Shown: one piece after another, positions 44,997-58,192 of the stretch
How the letters are laid out: each line of letters begins with the position of its first letter
How positions within the stretch are numbered: position 1 is the first letter of the stretch
Source of the DNA: the human T2T-CHM13v2.0 reference genome, Homo sapiens
Assembly: GCF_009914755.1 (NCBI RefSeq)
Contig: NC_060928.1
Length of the DNA: 64,000 nt
Direction: 5' to 3' (one strand)
Notes under the pieces: generated by a model
What the model was told of the DNA's origin: nothing
Database searches by the model: none
What the model saw: only the letters and a program-made list of their open reading frames with translations
Translations under genes and position numbers: made by a program

Positions 44997-45799
44997 TGAA
45001 GGGTGTTGTGAGCCATCAGGCCAGTATCCTCATTTGAGACATTTTGTGTAGTTCAGCTATTTATTCAGTTAAAAAAATCTCCATGGAAATGATATGTAGA
45101 AGTCTGTGGTATTTCTCTCATTCCATCTTATGAGTTAAAAAAATCAATCCTAATTCTAATTTTTTCTTTTTTTTGTATGATTGGAATCAAAATATGCATA
45201 ACCTTTGTATCTTTCAGCAGAATACAGGCTGGTTCTTGACTTTTTGGTGGGCTGCTGGAATTACATTCTAGGTTCTCAGACTTTAGGGACTTAAGCTGAG
45301 GCCTGGGCTGACCTTGGGAATGTGCTTTGTTATACCTCTGGGAGTAGCACTGAGCAAAGCAGGTTGGGAGCCAGGATTCCAGTACAGGCAGGAAGGAGTA
45401 AATAATTAGGTTAGATAAGAAATTATTTGCCTTCCTTTCAGCAGGTGGACAAGCTAACAAGGAAAACATAATAAAGGAAATAAAGCTCACTTAAAGAGGG
45501 AAAAGGCCAATAATGGAATCACTTAAAACTTTTTATTGAAGAAAATGGGATTCCCTTGCACTCTTGTTTGAAATGTGTTTTGGATATGCATTGTTTTATA
45601 TCAGATTTGGATATAGAATTATGACATTGTCCAGCCATAACAACTACTTTGTTAATTACAACTAGTTAGTGGATACCTGCTGGTACTGCACTGTAAGTAG
45701 TACCAACATATTCTAAATGTTCTTATATAAGAACTAAAATGTTATTATGCAAGAGAAATTCCCTGCTTCCAAGGAGTTTTATAATCTAGCAGAGAGAGA

Positions 45800-46830
45800 A
45801 CGTGTACATCCAACACAAGTTGAGAACACTTGCAAAGTAACATATCAATAAGTGGAAAAAAAACAGTGCAAATGGAAGTATTGAGTGATTAAGAGAGTGA
45901 TGCCAAAGATATGGGGCTGGCTGAGGAAGGATCTGAATTTTGAATTGGGTAACGAAGGAGGAGAGAAACAAATTGGCAGACAGAGATGAGGAAGAAAGAT
46001 ATATGTGAGGCCATAGGTTTGGAAGTGAAGCAAGTCACATTTGACATGTTAGTGACAATAAGCAAGACAACAAGCACACAGGCTAGGACAAGGCGGAACT
46101 TCCATGGCCGTGGATAATTTGGGATGAATTTGATTATTGATTTGATTCAAGGGAACAGTAGGAAAATGCCATCGATTCTTGAGTATATGCAATGTGCTGA
46201 AAATGACAGATACTGGTAATTATTTAGGCAGCAACATCTATGATAGGTTGGAGTAGTGGAGCTAAGGGTGGAGAAAGTATTAGGGAGCTGTTTTGTAACC
46301 TAGATTTAAAGTAACGAAGGTTTAGAGGAGGGCTTTGGGAAAGTCTGCTGGGTTAGGAAAAAAAATGAGCTCAGTTTTTGAGATACTACTTTTCAGATGT
46401 AGCAATCATATCCTGAGATGACCGGTCAGTTACTAGACAGGATTACAGTTTGAGAGCTCAAGTCTTGGCCATCGACTTTGGAGGCATTTGTGCAAGGTGA
46501 TAGTTCAGTAATGCATGTGGAGTATGTATCATGGTGGTGACTATTGAGGGAGAAATGCAGAAAGCTGAGTTTGGAACCTTAGAAGCAGCTGCCAGCCAAG
46601 GGGGTGGAGGCAGGCAAAAAGTATAGTCAGCAAATGAGACAAAGAGGTAGTAGAAGAACACAGAGAACACCCAGGGAAACCATGCGAGGAGAGAATTTCA
46701 ACAGTGCTAACTGAAGCATAGAGGTCAAGGGGATTGAAGACTTGAGAAAGACCTATTCGACTTCTCAAGGGAAAGGTCTTTGGAGACTTAGAAAAATTTG
46801 TTTCCAGTGAAGTTTCAGTGCAAAAGTGCA
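45800..46830 (-). mobile_element. Degraded L2 fragment
   Basis: gaggaaggatctgaattttgaattggg, aaatgagctcagttttt, gagagctcaagtcttggcc, agaatttcaacagtgctaactgaagcatagaggtcaag. Confidence 0.6.
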
Positions 46831-47480
46831 TCAGGGATTTTCTAGATACTCTGCATGACAAGGGGATTAATGTTTAATAAATAAATCCCTTCTGTAATTG
46901 CTTTAGCACATATGACTGGGTATCTGGGTTTTCAATATTTCAAGGGAAATGGTGAGGTCACTGCAGAAAGGAATTGAGGTTAGATTTCTCATATTATACA
47001 AACCCATCAGGTGATTTTTATATTATGTGGGAGAGAAACTCTCAGAGCTAAACTATTGGGCCTATTTAGATTCACAAGATCCTAGTGGCTCTGGGAAAAA
47101 TCTTTGGGAAAATGTAAAACCTGAGCAGTGTTAGAAAGCCTCTTCTTTGGTCCTGTTATTTGGTTTATGTTAATGAATTAGCTTGGAGTATTTGTCAGAG
47201 ATGTTGAGTTGTGGAAAATAATAAAAATCAGATTCAAATTTACCAAAATAATTAATATCAATTTACATGGAAGTGGAGGCACCAAAGAATTTTGGTCAAG
47301 ACAGAATCAAAGCTCCAAATTTAATGACCTACAGTTAACATCATGCCAAAAGAACAGAGCCATTTTGTAAGAAACAACAGTCTAGTTGAATAAATGGAGG
47401 TGATAAGTTAGATATGGTGAAGAACTCAAATTTTAAAAGGCAAGAGACACTTTCTCATGACTGAAGAAGAGAAATTTGTA

Positions 47481-47622
47481 TTAGGAGATATACCTAATGC
47501 TAAATGATGAGTTAATGGGTGCAGCACACCAGCATGGCACATGTATACATATGTAACAAACCTGCACGTTGTGCACATGTACCCTAAAACTTAAAGTATA
47601 ATAATAATAAAATTTAAAAAAA
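47481..47622 (+). mobile_element. 5'-truncated L1PA (approx. PA3/PA4-like) 3' end
   Basis: ttaggagatatacctaatgctaaatga...gtaacaaacctgcacgttgtgcacatgtaccctaaaacttaaagtataataataataaaatttaaaaaaa. Confidence 0.95.
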
Positions 47623-47719
47623 GTTAGTTATAATGTGGGATCTGAAATAATAGTGATAAGATATTCATAACTGTGGCCATTAAAATCCATTGACCTATAG
47701 TTTTTTTGTTCATGCATGA

Positions 47720-47887
47720 TTTTTTTTTTTGAGACAGGGTCTCACTCTGCCACCCAGGCTGGAGTGCAGTGGCAAAATCATAGCTCACTGTAGCCTGGAA
47801 CTCCTGGGCTCCAGCAATCCTCTCGTCTCAGCCTCCCGATTAGCAAGGACTACAGGCATACACCACCACAGCTGGCTAAATTTTTGT
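47720..47887 (-). mobile_element. AluJ right-arm/FRAM-like fragment inside the transduced segment
   Basis: T run then gagacagggtctcactctg...atcatagctcactgtagcc...ggctaaatttttgt; left arm absent. Confidence 0.85.
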
Positions 47888-48162
47888 CTGTAGTGAAAAG
47901 GGAAAATAATGTCTTAGTTTTACTGTAAAATAGTATTGCCCTCATAGGCACCCCAAAAGGGTCCTCAGCCCACACTCCTAGAATTGATGCCTTAATACTA
48001 TGCAATTCTCAAGTTGTTATTACTAATAAATTAAAAAATTAAAATTCTCTTTGCTGTATTTTTTAAAAGAGTGAAAATGTACTTTACAATTCTATATTAC
48101 TTTATTATCAAATTGTGAATGAGTTATTACCAATGTTGTAGTTAGAATTTCTTTTCCTCTCC

Positions 48163-48340
48163 TAGTTTTTATTTCTGTGGGTATAGTCGGTGTATCTATT
48201 TATGGATTATGTGAGATATTTTGATACAGGCATACAATGCATAATAATCACATCAGCATTTATCCTTTCTTTGTGTTACAAACAATCCAGTCATACTCTT
48301 TTAGTTATTTTAAAATGTCCAATAAATTATTGTTGACTAT
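48163..48340 (-). mobile_element. L1MA-type 3'-end fragment inside the transduced segment
   Basis: gagatattttgatacaggcatacaatgcataataatcacatca...gttacaaacaatccag...ttattgttgactat, cut abruptly by the poly(A). Confidence 0.75.
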
Positions 48341-49100
48341 AAAAAAAAAGAAGAGAAATTTGTAGAAAGAAACCAAACTTCTAAATTTATCTTCGATTCA
48401 ACTAATTAGCAGTAGTCTCAATTATAAAACCTGAATCTATAATACGGTCTAACTTAGGTGTAATTAGATGAAAATGTAGTACTTTTCTGGTGAGTTAAAT
48501 ATGTGATTTTTGATTTATAATCACATCACAACAAATTGGTTGAGAAAGAATGAAGGTAAAGAAAAGATTAAATTTTATTTTGGCCTTTAGCTCAGTTTTA
48601 TGTTCAGATGGTAGTTTCCCAGTTATAGCAAAACTGTACTTAGCCCCTCCTTAGTTCTAGGAACTAAGTTCTAGGAAGTAAGGAGGGACTAAGTACAGCT
48701 TTGGCATAATTGAGGGTGTGACTTTGATGTTTCTATAGATTTTCATATCTCTGCAATAAAACTTAAATTGCTTATGCTGTTTCTCTGATATAAAATACAG
48801 AGTTTTCCAATGCTCTATAAAATGTAATTTAGACAGACGAACATGAAACTGTTCTTAAACTTGGATTGCCTGGGATTCTGAAATTTTTCTGGTTATTTGT
48901 TCAAATTGATACCTGACTATGATATTCACAACATTTCTTGATTTTCCCAACAGCTGCTATACAATATAGGATGTATATTGAATTGAAATAATAAATAGGC
49001 GGGAAAAAATGAGAGGAAAAAAGATAGGTACAAACGAAAGAGGAAAGAACAAATGTAAATCATCGAATAGTTATGATCACATAGTGTGAGTATGTCTTAC

Positions 49101-49413
<313 letters not shown>

Positions 49414-49554
49414 TCAATTTTGTTTTTAAGATTTCTACCTGCCAAGGCAAAATATGAAACTTGACTACTTACTTGATTAATACAGACCACAACTTAAAAA
49501 CAAATCACTTGCTTAGGAGAAACACAAGTATTATCAACATAAAATCCAGAAGGA

Positions 49555-49886
<332 letters not shown>

Positions 49887-51824
49887 TTAACAACATCTTG
49901 ATTAGAGAATAGTCAAGTTTCCCAAATTCCACTGAGCTGGTTTCATGAGTTGGTAGACTGATGGTATCACATAAAAAGTCCTGCAAGGTCAATTCAGTAG
50001 TGGGGCTTCAGGTCCAGTTAGATAATTCTTTTAGAACTTAAGTTTGGGATAACTATTTTTCTTTCCACCTCATGTGTTTTGAACTTTCAGGGCATATATT
50101 ACAACTTATAACGTATCGCTGTCACTCTTAGTCTGAGCGCTCATGTTGAAAGCACGCACTGTGTGAGCTGTCATCTCACTGTGAATCAGCAGGAAGGGTG
50201 AGTTTTCATAACATCAGTGAAGGATGAGGTAATTATTACAGAATTGGTTTTTGGAATACATGATAAAGAAATTCTGAGAAAAAAGTGAAGGTCTTCAGTT
50301 CCCTAATGGATAACAAAGGAGAACTTAACCTGACAAAAACGTCCAGGAAGAGTTTGTATGTTCCCCTAAAAATGGAAGCATGTTAGTAACGACCTTCAAT
50401 TCTTTCTGGAATGAGGGGGAAATTCCAAAAATAAACTAAATAAAATAAGCAGTAAGATTTCTTTGAATTTAAGGGAGAAGCACATTCTCCCAGTTAAGAA
50501 AGGTGTCTTCTGTGAAGCTGCCTAGGGCTACAGTCAAACAGATTCCCCCTGACAGGTGTGGAACTTGTCTTCACTCTGCAGAATGGCCTGTTCATTGTAT
50601 TTCCCTTGGCATGTGATTCAGGTTGTTGGAGACCTTGGTAAACTCATCATATTAGATCATGGGTTGATGTAAGTTCATGTTTGGATGTTTTAAAATTGGT
50701 TGGAACCTGGCTAGGGGAAGAACGTATGTCTACAACTGGCCCTGAAAGAGATTAAACATGTTTGAAATGTTTTCTTAATGGCAGTGGAGTGGGTAGTAAT
50801 GTTTCTTTTGCTGTGAGCCAGCAAGTGTGCCTGTTAGGAGAGCATTCCCGAACTCATGATGAATCAAAGACTGATTAACTGTACTTTAAGTACGGCATCT
50901 GGAAATTGCTTGTGAGAGAGATTTTGCCATCAATTACAGAAGACACATATGTCACTGGATTTAGGACCAAAGACAGGGACAACCCTTTATCAAACTGATT
51001 TCTACTTTACTGTGGGTCCTCTTTTAATGTAAACTTTCGGACTTGCTGCTTCAAAAGTAGTTGGCTTTCTTCTGCTAGTGATATGTAAAGAATGAATGGT
51101 GCCCATAATTGTTATAAATATAATATGCAGAGTTATATTTAATTTATAACATAAGTCACCAGTCAAAAAGACAGTTTAGTTTTTTCCTATGACAAAAATC
51201 CAATCTTACTCAGTAAAACAAATGATTTACAACTCATTGCTTTTCTGAGACTAGTATTTACTGTGCTATAATTTCAGGCATTTAGGTTTACTGAAGGCAT
51301 AAGGTATACTTTTTTAGATGTTAAATTTTTAGATATGGTTGATTGGGGGAAATTAACAATTTCAATGTTTGAAGTGGTAAACAGCTCATTTCTGCAGGGA
51401 GTGATAATTGGGAATGTAGATCATTGGAGATGGACTGAATTTAGGAACATCATGGTTGTAGATGTGGATTTAGGAGCTATCTGCTTAGATTTTGAGTCTT
51501 TTCCCATGATACTCTAACTCACAGGAACGGAACTGTTGCTGTATCTCTCTATACTTACAAATGGTGAGGGATTATCTCTTGAGCTGAGGGGACAGATTAG
51601 ACCCTGGAGCTGCAAACCCTAGGTGTATATCCAGCAACCCCTGGACTGGTACTTTCATTGTGGGATGTATACATCCTTTTAAATATCAACAGAAGAAATT
51701 TTCAGAGGTTTTACCTTGATTTTCCTAAAAGAGGAAGCAATCATAGAACTGAATTCCTTTTCATAATTCTTCAAAATTGATTGGAGAAGAAAATTGCCTT
51801 TTCTCTCCTGCCTTTTCATTTTGA

Positions 51825-52232
<408 letters not shown>

Positions 52233-53766
52233 TCAGTCCTCCATTTCTAAGGCATTGTATCATTCAGTGGTTGTTTAATAACCTTAGACAAAATCTAAGG
52301 TTTAACAACCACTGAATGTTACAGTGGTTCAAGAATACAGTGATACAATGGTCCAAGAATTGAACCAACTCTTTTTAACCTGTTTTTTTTTTCATTTTCT
52401 TTCTTTTTATACCTTATACAAATAAAATATGACTGTGTTTTTATTTTCATAGTATAAACAATATGGAAAATAAAAAGCTATATGATACAGAGCATAAATA
52501 ATGGAGCAGAAAGTGAAAGTCTCTCTTCAAACATTTGCCCTGAGCCTACTGAAGAGTTATTCATCTACTCTCTTCTCTTTGGATTTACACGCATTTAAAT
52601 GTACATGTAGAAAGATACTAACTTGTGTTTTGCAATAGATAAATTGACTTGTCTCATGTATAATGATCAATAAACTGTTAACCTGAAAATTCACTTTGTA
52701 CCTCTTAATGGCTGGCAGCATTTCTATATTAAAAGAAACGTGGAAAAATAGCAAAACTCTACATTCCTGAAGTTTATTTTTATTCAGAGTTGGGTGTATT
52801 TTTTTGGGGGGGAACCATTGGTACTTTTTTTATACATGGTAGACTAAATTATAATGTTTTAAAAATCAAAAGGTATTTGGAGAGATGGAAATATGATTTG
52901 ATGATTTCTACTAACTATATGTATTGTCTCCATAATATTTTCTTAATTTAAAAAAGTGGTTAACTTATGTGTGTTTGGCATATTTTTGAGTTGATAATCT
53001 CAAATAATTCTTCACTTATTACACATACTTGAAAATCTGCTCTCTCAGTTTTTCAAGTTAAAAGTATTCTGTCCTTGTGGATCTGTCATTTCACAGACAT
53101 ACCTGTTTGCTTTGTTGGCTAGGTGATAGAAAATAAAGGGCAGAACATAAGAAATTATCCTTCATTGGATATTAGTTCGTTCTCTCATCTGGATTTTAAA
53201 GTATTACTGGAAAAAAATCCTCTAATCTTCTATTAAAGATAAGATAAGTTCTTACAATGTATAGGTTGTTTGTAGGACTGAGAAGTATTGGAAATATGTC
53301 TTGGCTCAACTAGTTGGCCACCCTTGAGAGCCAGTAATACCAAGTGGCTAAGCTTAGTTGCACCCAGTGGCAAGAGACATTCTGAGGTTTCCCATGTATT
53401 GGGAGGAGGCCCAAGACAAAGAGGTCCTTGTAAAACTCAGCTAGAGACTTGGCTGTGGGACAGAGTCCTAGAAGAATCTACATTAACTGTGCCCTGCCCA
53501 GAGGCATGCTGCTACAGCCTTTGTGCTGGGAACCACCAGGATCATGGTATGAGTTTGCGTCTCCAGGTAGACACTCTGAGCTTCTTTTGCTTACTGACCC
53601 TGTTACTACCCCTGAGCACTGCAGCTGCCGTGTAGCATCATACATCTTCTCTGCAAAGTCATATTACACTGAGATTGTTAGAAACTGTCTGTCCTTTGTT
53701 TTCATGTGTGTGGTTGTTGCTGTAGAAGATAATTACTTATCCTTACATCTAGCTTTCTGGCTTGAT

Positions 53767-53779
53767 ACACACACACAGA

Positions 53780-53824
<45 letters not shown>
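53767..53824. repeat. (CA)n microsatellite
   Basis: Interrupted CA run with ~21 perfect units in its 3' part. Confidence 0.97.
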
Positions 53825-53827
<3 letters not shown>

Positions 53828-53858
53828 TTGGCAAAAGAAATGAATGTATTGGTGAATC

Positions 53859-54160
53859 TTTTTTTTTTTTTTTTTTTTGAGTTAGAATCTAGCTCTGTCG
53901 CCCAGGCTGGAGTGCAGTGGCGTAATATAGGCTCATTGCAACCTCCGCCTCCGAGGTTCAAGTGATTCTCCTGCCTCGGCCTCCTGAGTAGCTGGGAATA
54001 CAGGGATGTGCCACCACCCCTGGCTAATTTTTGTATTTTTAGTAGAGACAGGGTTTCACCATGTTGATTGGGCTGATCTAGAACTCCTGACCACAAGTGA
54101 TCCGCCTGCCTCAGCCTCCCAAAGTGCTGGGATTATAGGCTTGAGCCACCGTGCCCAGCC
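53859..54160 (-). mobile_element. AluS
   Basis: Reverse Alu; TSD-like gtattggtgaatctt / gcattggtaaatctt. Confidence 0.95.
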
Positions 54161-54229
54161 AGCATTGGTAAATCTTATGTATAATTTTAAAATTAACCAA
54201 TACATTCATTTCCTTTGGCAAAGTATAAA

Positions 54230-54420
54230 AAGCATAGGATTTGAATTTGGAAGACCTTGGTTCAAGTTCTGCTTCTGCCACTTAATAGTACTGTGACCTT
54301 TCTGAGGCTCTGTTTCCATTTTCATTCCCCATCTTGGTTGAGGCTTGTGAGCTTCAAATGAGATAATATATTTAAAAGCATTTTGTGAACCATAAACTGC
54401 CACACAAATGTTGATTATTG
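54230..54420 (+). mobile_element. MIR
   Basis: ggttcaagttctgcttctgccacttaatagtactgtgacctt...aaatgagataat. Confidence 0.65.
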
Positions 54421-56529
54421 TTAATATTTTATATTTAGTCTTGCTGGTACAATAAAAAGTTAGTAATAAATGCCCCATGAGCTGTCTTAATTCCAGAGAA
54501 GACATATGAACTAATATACCCAGCTTGGGTCATCAAAAGGTATATTTATATAAGGGTTACTGCTAAGCAGTGACAATCACGGGTGTGCTAATTTCATCCT
54601 GGGATCTGCAAGCAGCCTTAGGTGGAGAAAAGAGGAGGCACAGAACAGAGATAAATAAAGGCTTAGTTTCTACACAGCCTTGTGAAAGACTGTGTTTTAA
54701 GGGTTGAGTTCAACCATTAAGGTTGATGGTGTTTTATAGTACTTATTGATGCTTAAAAGTAAAATTTATCAATTTTTAAAAGAATAGTTTTATGAGTCAC
54801 CAAATTTATAAATATGGTCAAATGTGTATTCCACACTTTTCAGAGAAATTATGTAGCTCTTCTGGTAACAGTGAGAGTCCTTTGCTTACACAGTCAACAA
54901 CATAGGAAAAGAGATTCAGTTTTCCTATGGCAAGTTTCACATCCTGGAAAATGTTTTATCAGTTGGATGCTGGGGCCATCTCTAGGTTAGAAAGTGTCAA
55001 TGGGAAGTAGTTCAGGTTCAGATATGGGTAGGATCTGTGCTTCCTAGTTTGGAGAAGGGTTTCTGATGATGAGTTGGGATTTGGTTTTCATTCTTCTGGC
55101 CTCGTAGATGAGTGGCCAGTTTCATTTCATTGATTGGCTCTATCTTCAGTTTATGTGCTCATTCTTTCCATTGGAAACTCCTTTAACTCTTCTGCTGAAA
55201 ATGTTCTCTAGGGTTCAACTTTAGGGAAATCTTAGCAAATTTTATTTATTACTCTAGCTATTATGTTTATTTTCATAACAGCTTTTCTGAAGGAGGACAT
55301 CTAACACATCTAGGTGTTCATAATGTGAGCCTCATTTGTATTTTCAGAGAAAAGTTTTATCTTGAGTTTGAATGAACTGTGGAATTAGCTGAGTTAAGAG
55401 ACTCTCATTTTTGCTATCCATGAGGCAGAAAAGTGGTGTGAAGGATATATGACTTCAGCCAATTGACTACTGACCAGTCTTTCTATTGTTTAGGCCATAG
55501 GAAATAGGGCATTTGGAGACAGGTGCTAAGGAAATGAGTAGCACTTTTGTGTGTGTGTGGTTGTAGGAACCACTGTACACCCTAGAACACTTTATTAAGA
55601 CCTTACTGCTTATGTAATTGAAAAGACATTGATTGAGCTACAGGTACCTGGTCAGACATTGAGAGACCTGTACTTGGTCTCAGGATGCTCTGTGTAGAGC
55701 TTCCCCAGGCTGTTGGGAGCTGGGAGACTGCTTGGCCTGGACAGGACCCAGAATAAGAAGCATGGTACCTCCTATAAGCCTCCGAGTAGGCTGTGGGCTT
55801 CAAGATGGCTCTCAGGATGATCAGAGAGGTCAGGAGTGTAGGCTTAAGCCAGGGCCCAGGGCCAATATTCTCTGAGATGAGTCAAGCCCCAACCCTCTCT
55901 GGGGTTTCCAGAACAAAGGCTTGATTTGGGGAGCCAGCGTTGTGGAGAGGGCAGGGGGCATGTCTCTAGGCATTGCTGGAACTGAGGGAGATTGTCAGAG
56001 TGGCTGGGGTAATGTTTGTATAATCCGTGGCAGTTGGTCCTTCCTGCATGAGAGTGGGAGGTTGAATGTCCCTTATGGGAGAGTCATACACCAGGGCTGG
56101 GCTGGAGCAGCCAGCCAGAGGGCGTTGGGGCAGTGGCTCTGCTGGGGTGACCAAAGTAGGGAAGGAAAGCCACTTGTTGCGCACACCCCATTTTGATTAA
56201 CTGCTTTCATGCAGGATGAGGCAGGGATAGGATCATTTCTCAGGCCCAGGTATTGATGTTTTCTTAATTCTTTAGTCTGGAAGAACTTGATGAGAGGGCA
56301 GGAGGATGTTAAGAATTTCCTTAATCAAACCCATTTTTCATGTCTCCTAGGGCTACCCCTTCATCTGCACATCTGCAGAGAATAACCTGACTCCTCTCAC
56401 TTCTCCAGCTTTTCTCACAAGGCAGTTGTTACTGGACTGCTGAGGGAAGTGGAAGGGAAGCCTGGGAGGGGGCTCTGATGGTGGCACCCAATATACAGGG
56501 TCTGGAGTCAGGGTGAAGGAGGTCAGGGA

Positions 56530-57462
56530 CTAGCGTCTGCCATAGCACGGGCACACGGCCAGGCTAATGATGAGCAGCATGGCCAGGAAGAAGGTGGCTG
56601 TGAGCTGCAGCCACAGCAGGACTGCTGAGAGCACGGCATTGACCACCAGTGAGCAGGACACAACGAAGAGGCATGGGATGCTGCTGCTGTGCTTCATGAC
56701 AGCGGACATGACAGGAGCAGTCCATTTAGCCCTGCCTCAGCACCACAAGTTCTGCCCATGCTGACAAGCCTTCCAGGAGGCCTGGGCCGGGGCCACTAGC
56801 GGCATGCAGATCTAGATTCAGGAGCACACCAAAGGTGTAGAGGAAGACATTCTGAAGTGCCAGGGGCAGCTGCCGTCTCTTCATGAGCAGCTCTGTATGC
56901 AGTGACGACAGGCTTGAGATGAGGCAGTCCAGGATGAGGAGCAGCAGGCCCAGCGGAGTGATATGTAGGGGCATGGGGCTGGCAGCAGCTTCTGGAGGGG
57001 GCCTGGGAAGGGTGTTTCGAAGGTCTTACAGGCCATCTGGTGGATAGCAGACCCCCGCAGCCATCTGCAGCAGCAGTGCAAACCCCTGAGGTGCAGAGAA
57101 GCAGTGCTGGAGGCAGAGACAGTGGAACAGGGCCCGCTTCCAATCTTGAGATTGCTCAGCACGTGGTAGGTGCTGGGGTCCATGTCACACTGAAGATAGA
57201 TCACCAGGTTGTTGTTAGTGCCATAGATCAGGGCTGATCATGTGAAGGGAGCAGCTTAGTGCCAGAGTGGGGGCCCCCTACAGCCATGCTTGCCAGCCCA
57301 CTAGAAGGGAGAAGGTGCTTAACAGTAGCTTGGTCAACTCAGCTCCACAGCTGAGGAGGGCTGGAAGGACACCTGGCTGTCCACATGGCACAGTGCCAGC
57401 ATGGGGGATGGGCACCACACGTGGCAGTAGATAGGAGCAGCATCAAGGTCCATTACACTCAT
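56530..57462 (-). pseudogene. Disrupted main ORF of SLC35A4 (nucleotide-sugar transporter family)
   Basis: ATG AGT GTA (MSV) at 57462 followed by an apparent deletion before WTLMLLLSTA; fragments IYLQCDMDPSTYHVLSNLKIGS and MPLHITPLGLLLLILDCLISSLSSLHTELLMKRRQLPLALQNVFLYTFGVLLNL lie in different frames; ends GGC AGA CGC TAG. Confidence 0.92.
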
Positions 57463-57879
57463 ACCCACACCAGACCTTGGGTGGCTGGTGTAGTTAGCAA
57501 GGGGAGTGGGATTGCAACATATTTACGGGAAATCAAGTTATGGAGCCACCTCCCAGTAGGGAGGAGCCGTGGAACATTGCCAGAGAGGATACTGAGGATC
57601 AGAGTCATCTGCCAACTCCATAGTCAGGGCTTGAAGAGTAAGGGACTGGTGGCCCTTGAAGCCACAGTCTTGGGGCCAGTCTGACGGAGTTAGGAGAGGG
57701 AAGAAGGAATCTAGGGTGCAGGCTGACAAGGTGCTGTGCACACTCTGCAGGAAGGGAGGCAAGGATAAAGGCGGCATGAAAGTTGGAGAAAAAATGGATG
57801 ACAGCCAGGGAATCCAGATAGTAGTGTCTCTACCTGCAGGCCCCAGCTCCTTATTCTGCCTCCCTCATAGCATCTAGAG

Positions 57880-58192
57880 CTATTCGGGCTCTTGCATAGT
57901 GACTGCAAATAGTCAGTCTTTCAATGTCATCTCCATGTTGGGCACAGCATAGCCTGAGCTGCACAGATTGCCAGCGCAGGTGCCCCTTGCAAAGCCCAAT
58001 ACAGCTGATGTCTTCAGTTTGGCCACCACAGCCAGCCAGGAATCCCTTGAGGAATGGGGAGGACAATAGCGAGCCATCCCAGCCACCTCTGCTGTTGACT
58101 TTGTCTTCCATGTGCCGCTGCAGGCAATCCAGCTGGTTCTCGAGAAATGCCAGGTCCTTAAGCTTAGGCAGAGAATCCTTGTCATCTGTCAT
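57880..58192 (-). pseudogene. Remnant of the SLC35A4 upstream ORF (~103-aa microprotein SLC35A4-MP/AltSLC35A4)
   Basis: MTDDKDSLPKLKDLAFLENQLDCLQRHMEDKVNSRGGWDGSLLSSPFLKGFLAG, then frameshift; homology continues in another frame (VVAKLKTSAVLGFARGTCAG...YAVPNMEMTLKD). Matches recalled MADDKDSLPKLKDLAFLKNQLESLQRRVEDEV...; TAG at the expected end (57880-57882). Confidence 0.9.

Larger units (their letters stand above)
47623..48349 (+). other. L1 3'-transduced segment (~720 nt) with second poly(A)
   Basis: AATAAA 48321-48326, A run 48341-48349; AAGAAGAGAAATTTGTA at 47464-47480 and 48348-48364 brackets L1 plus this segment. Confidence 0.88.

Noticed and set aside
54901-54929. 10-bp hairpin CATAGGAAAA/TTTTCCTATG
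   Set aside because: About one such stem is expected by chance in 64 kb of AT-rich DNA.
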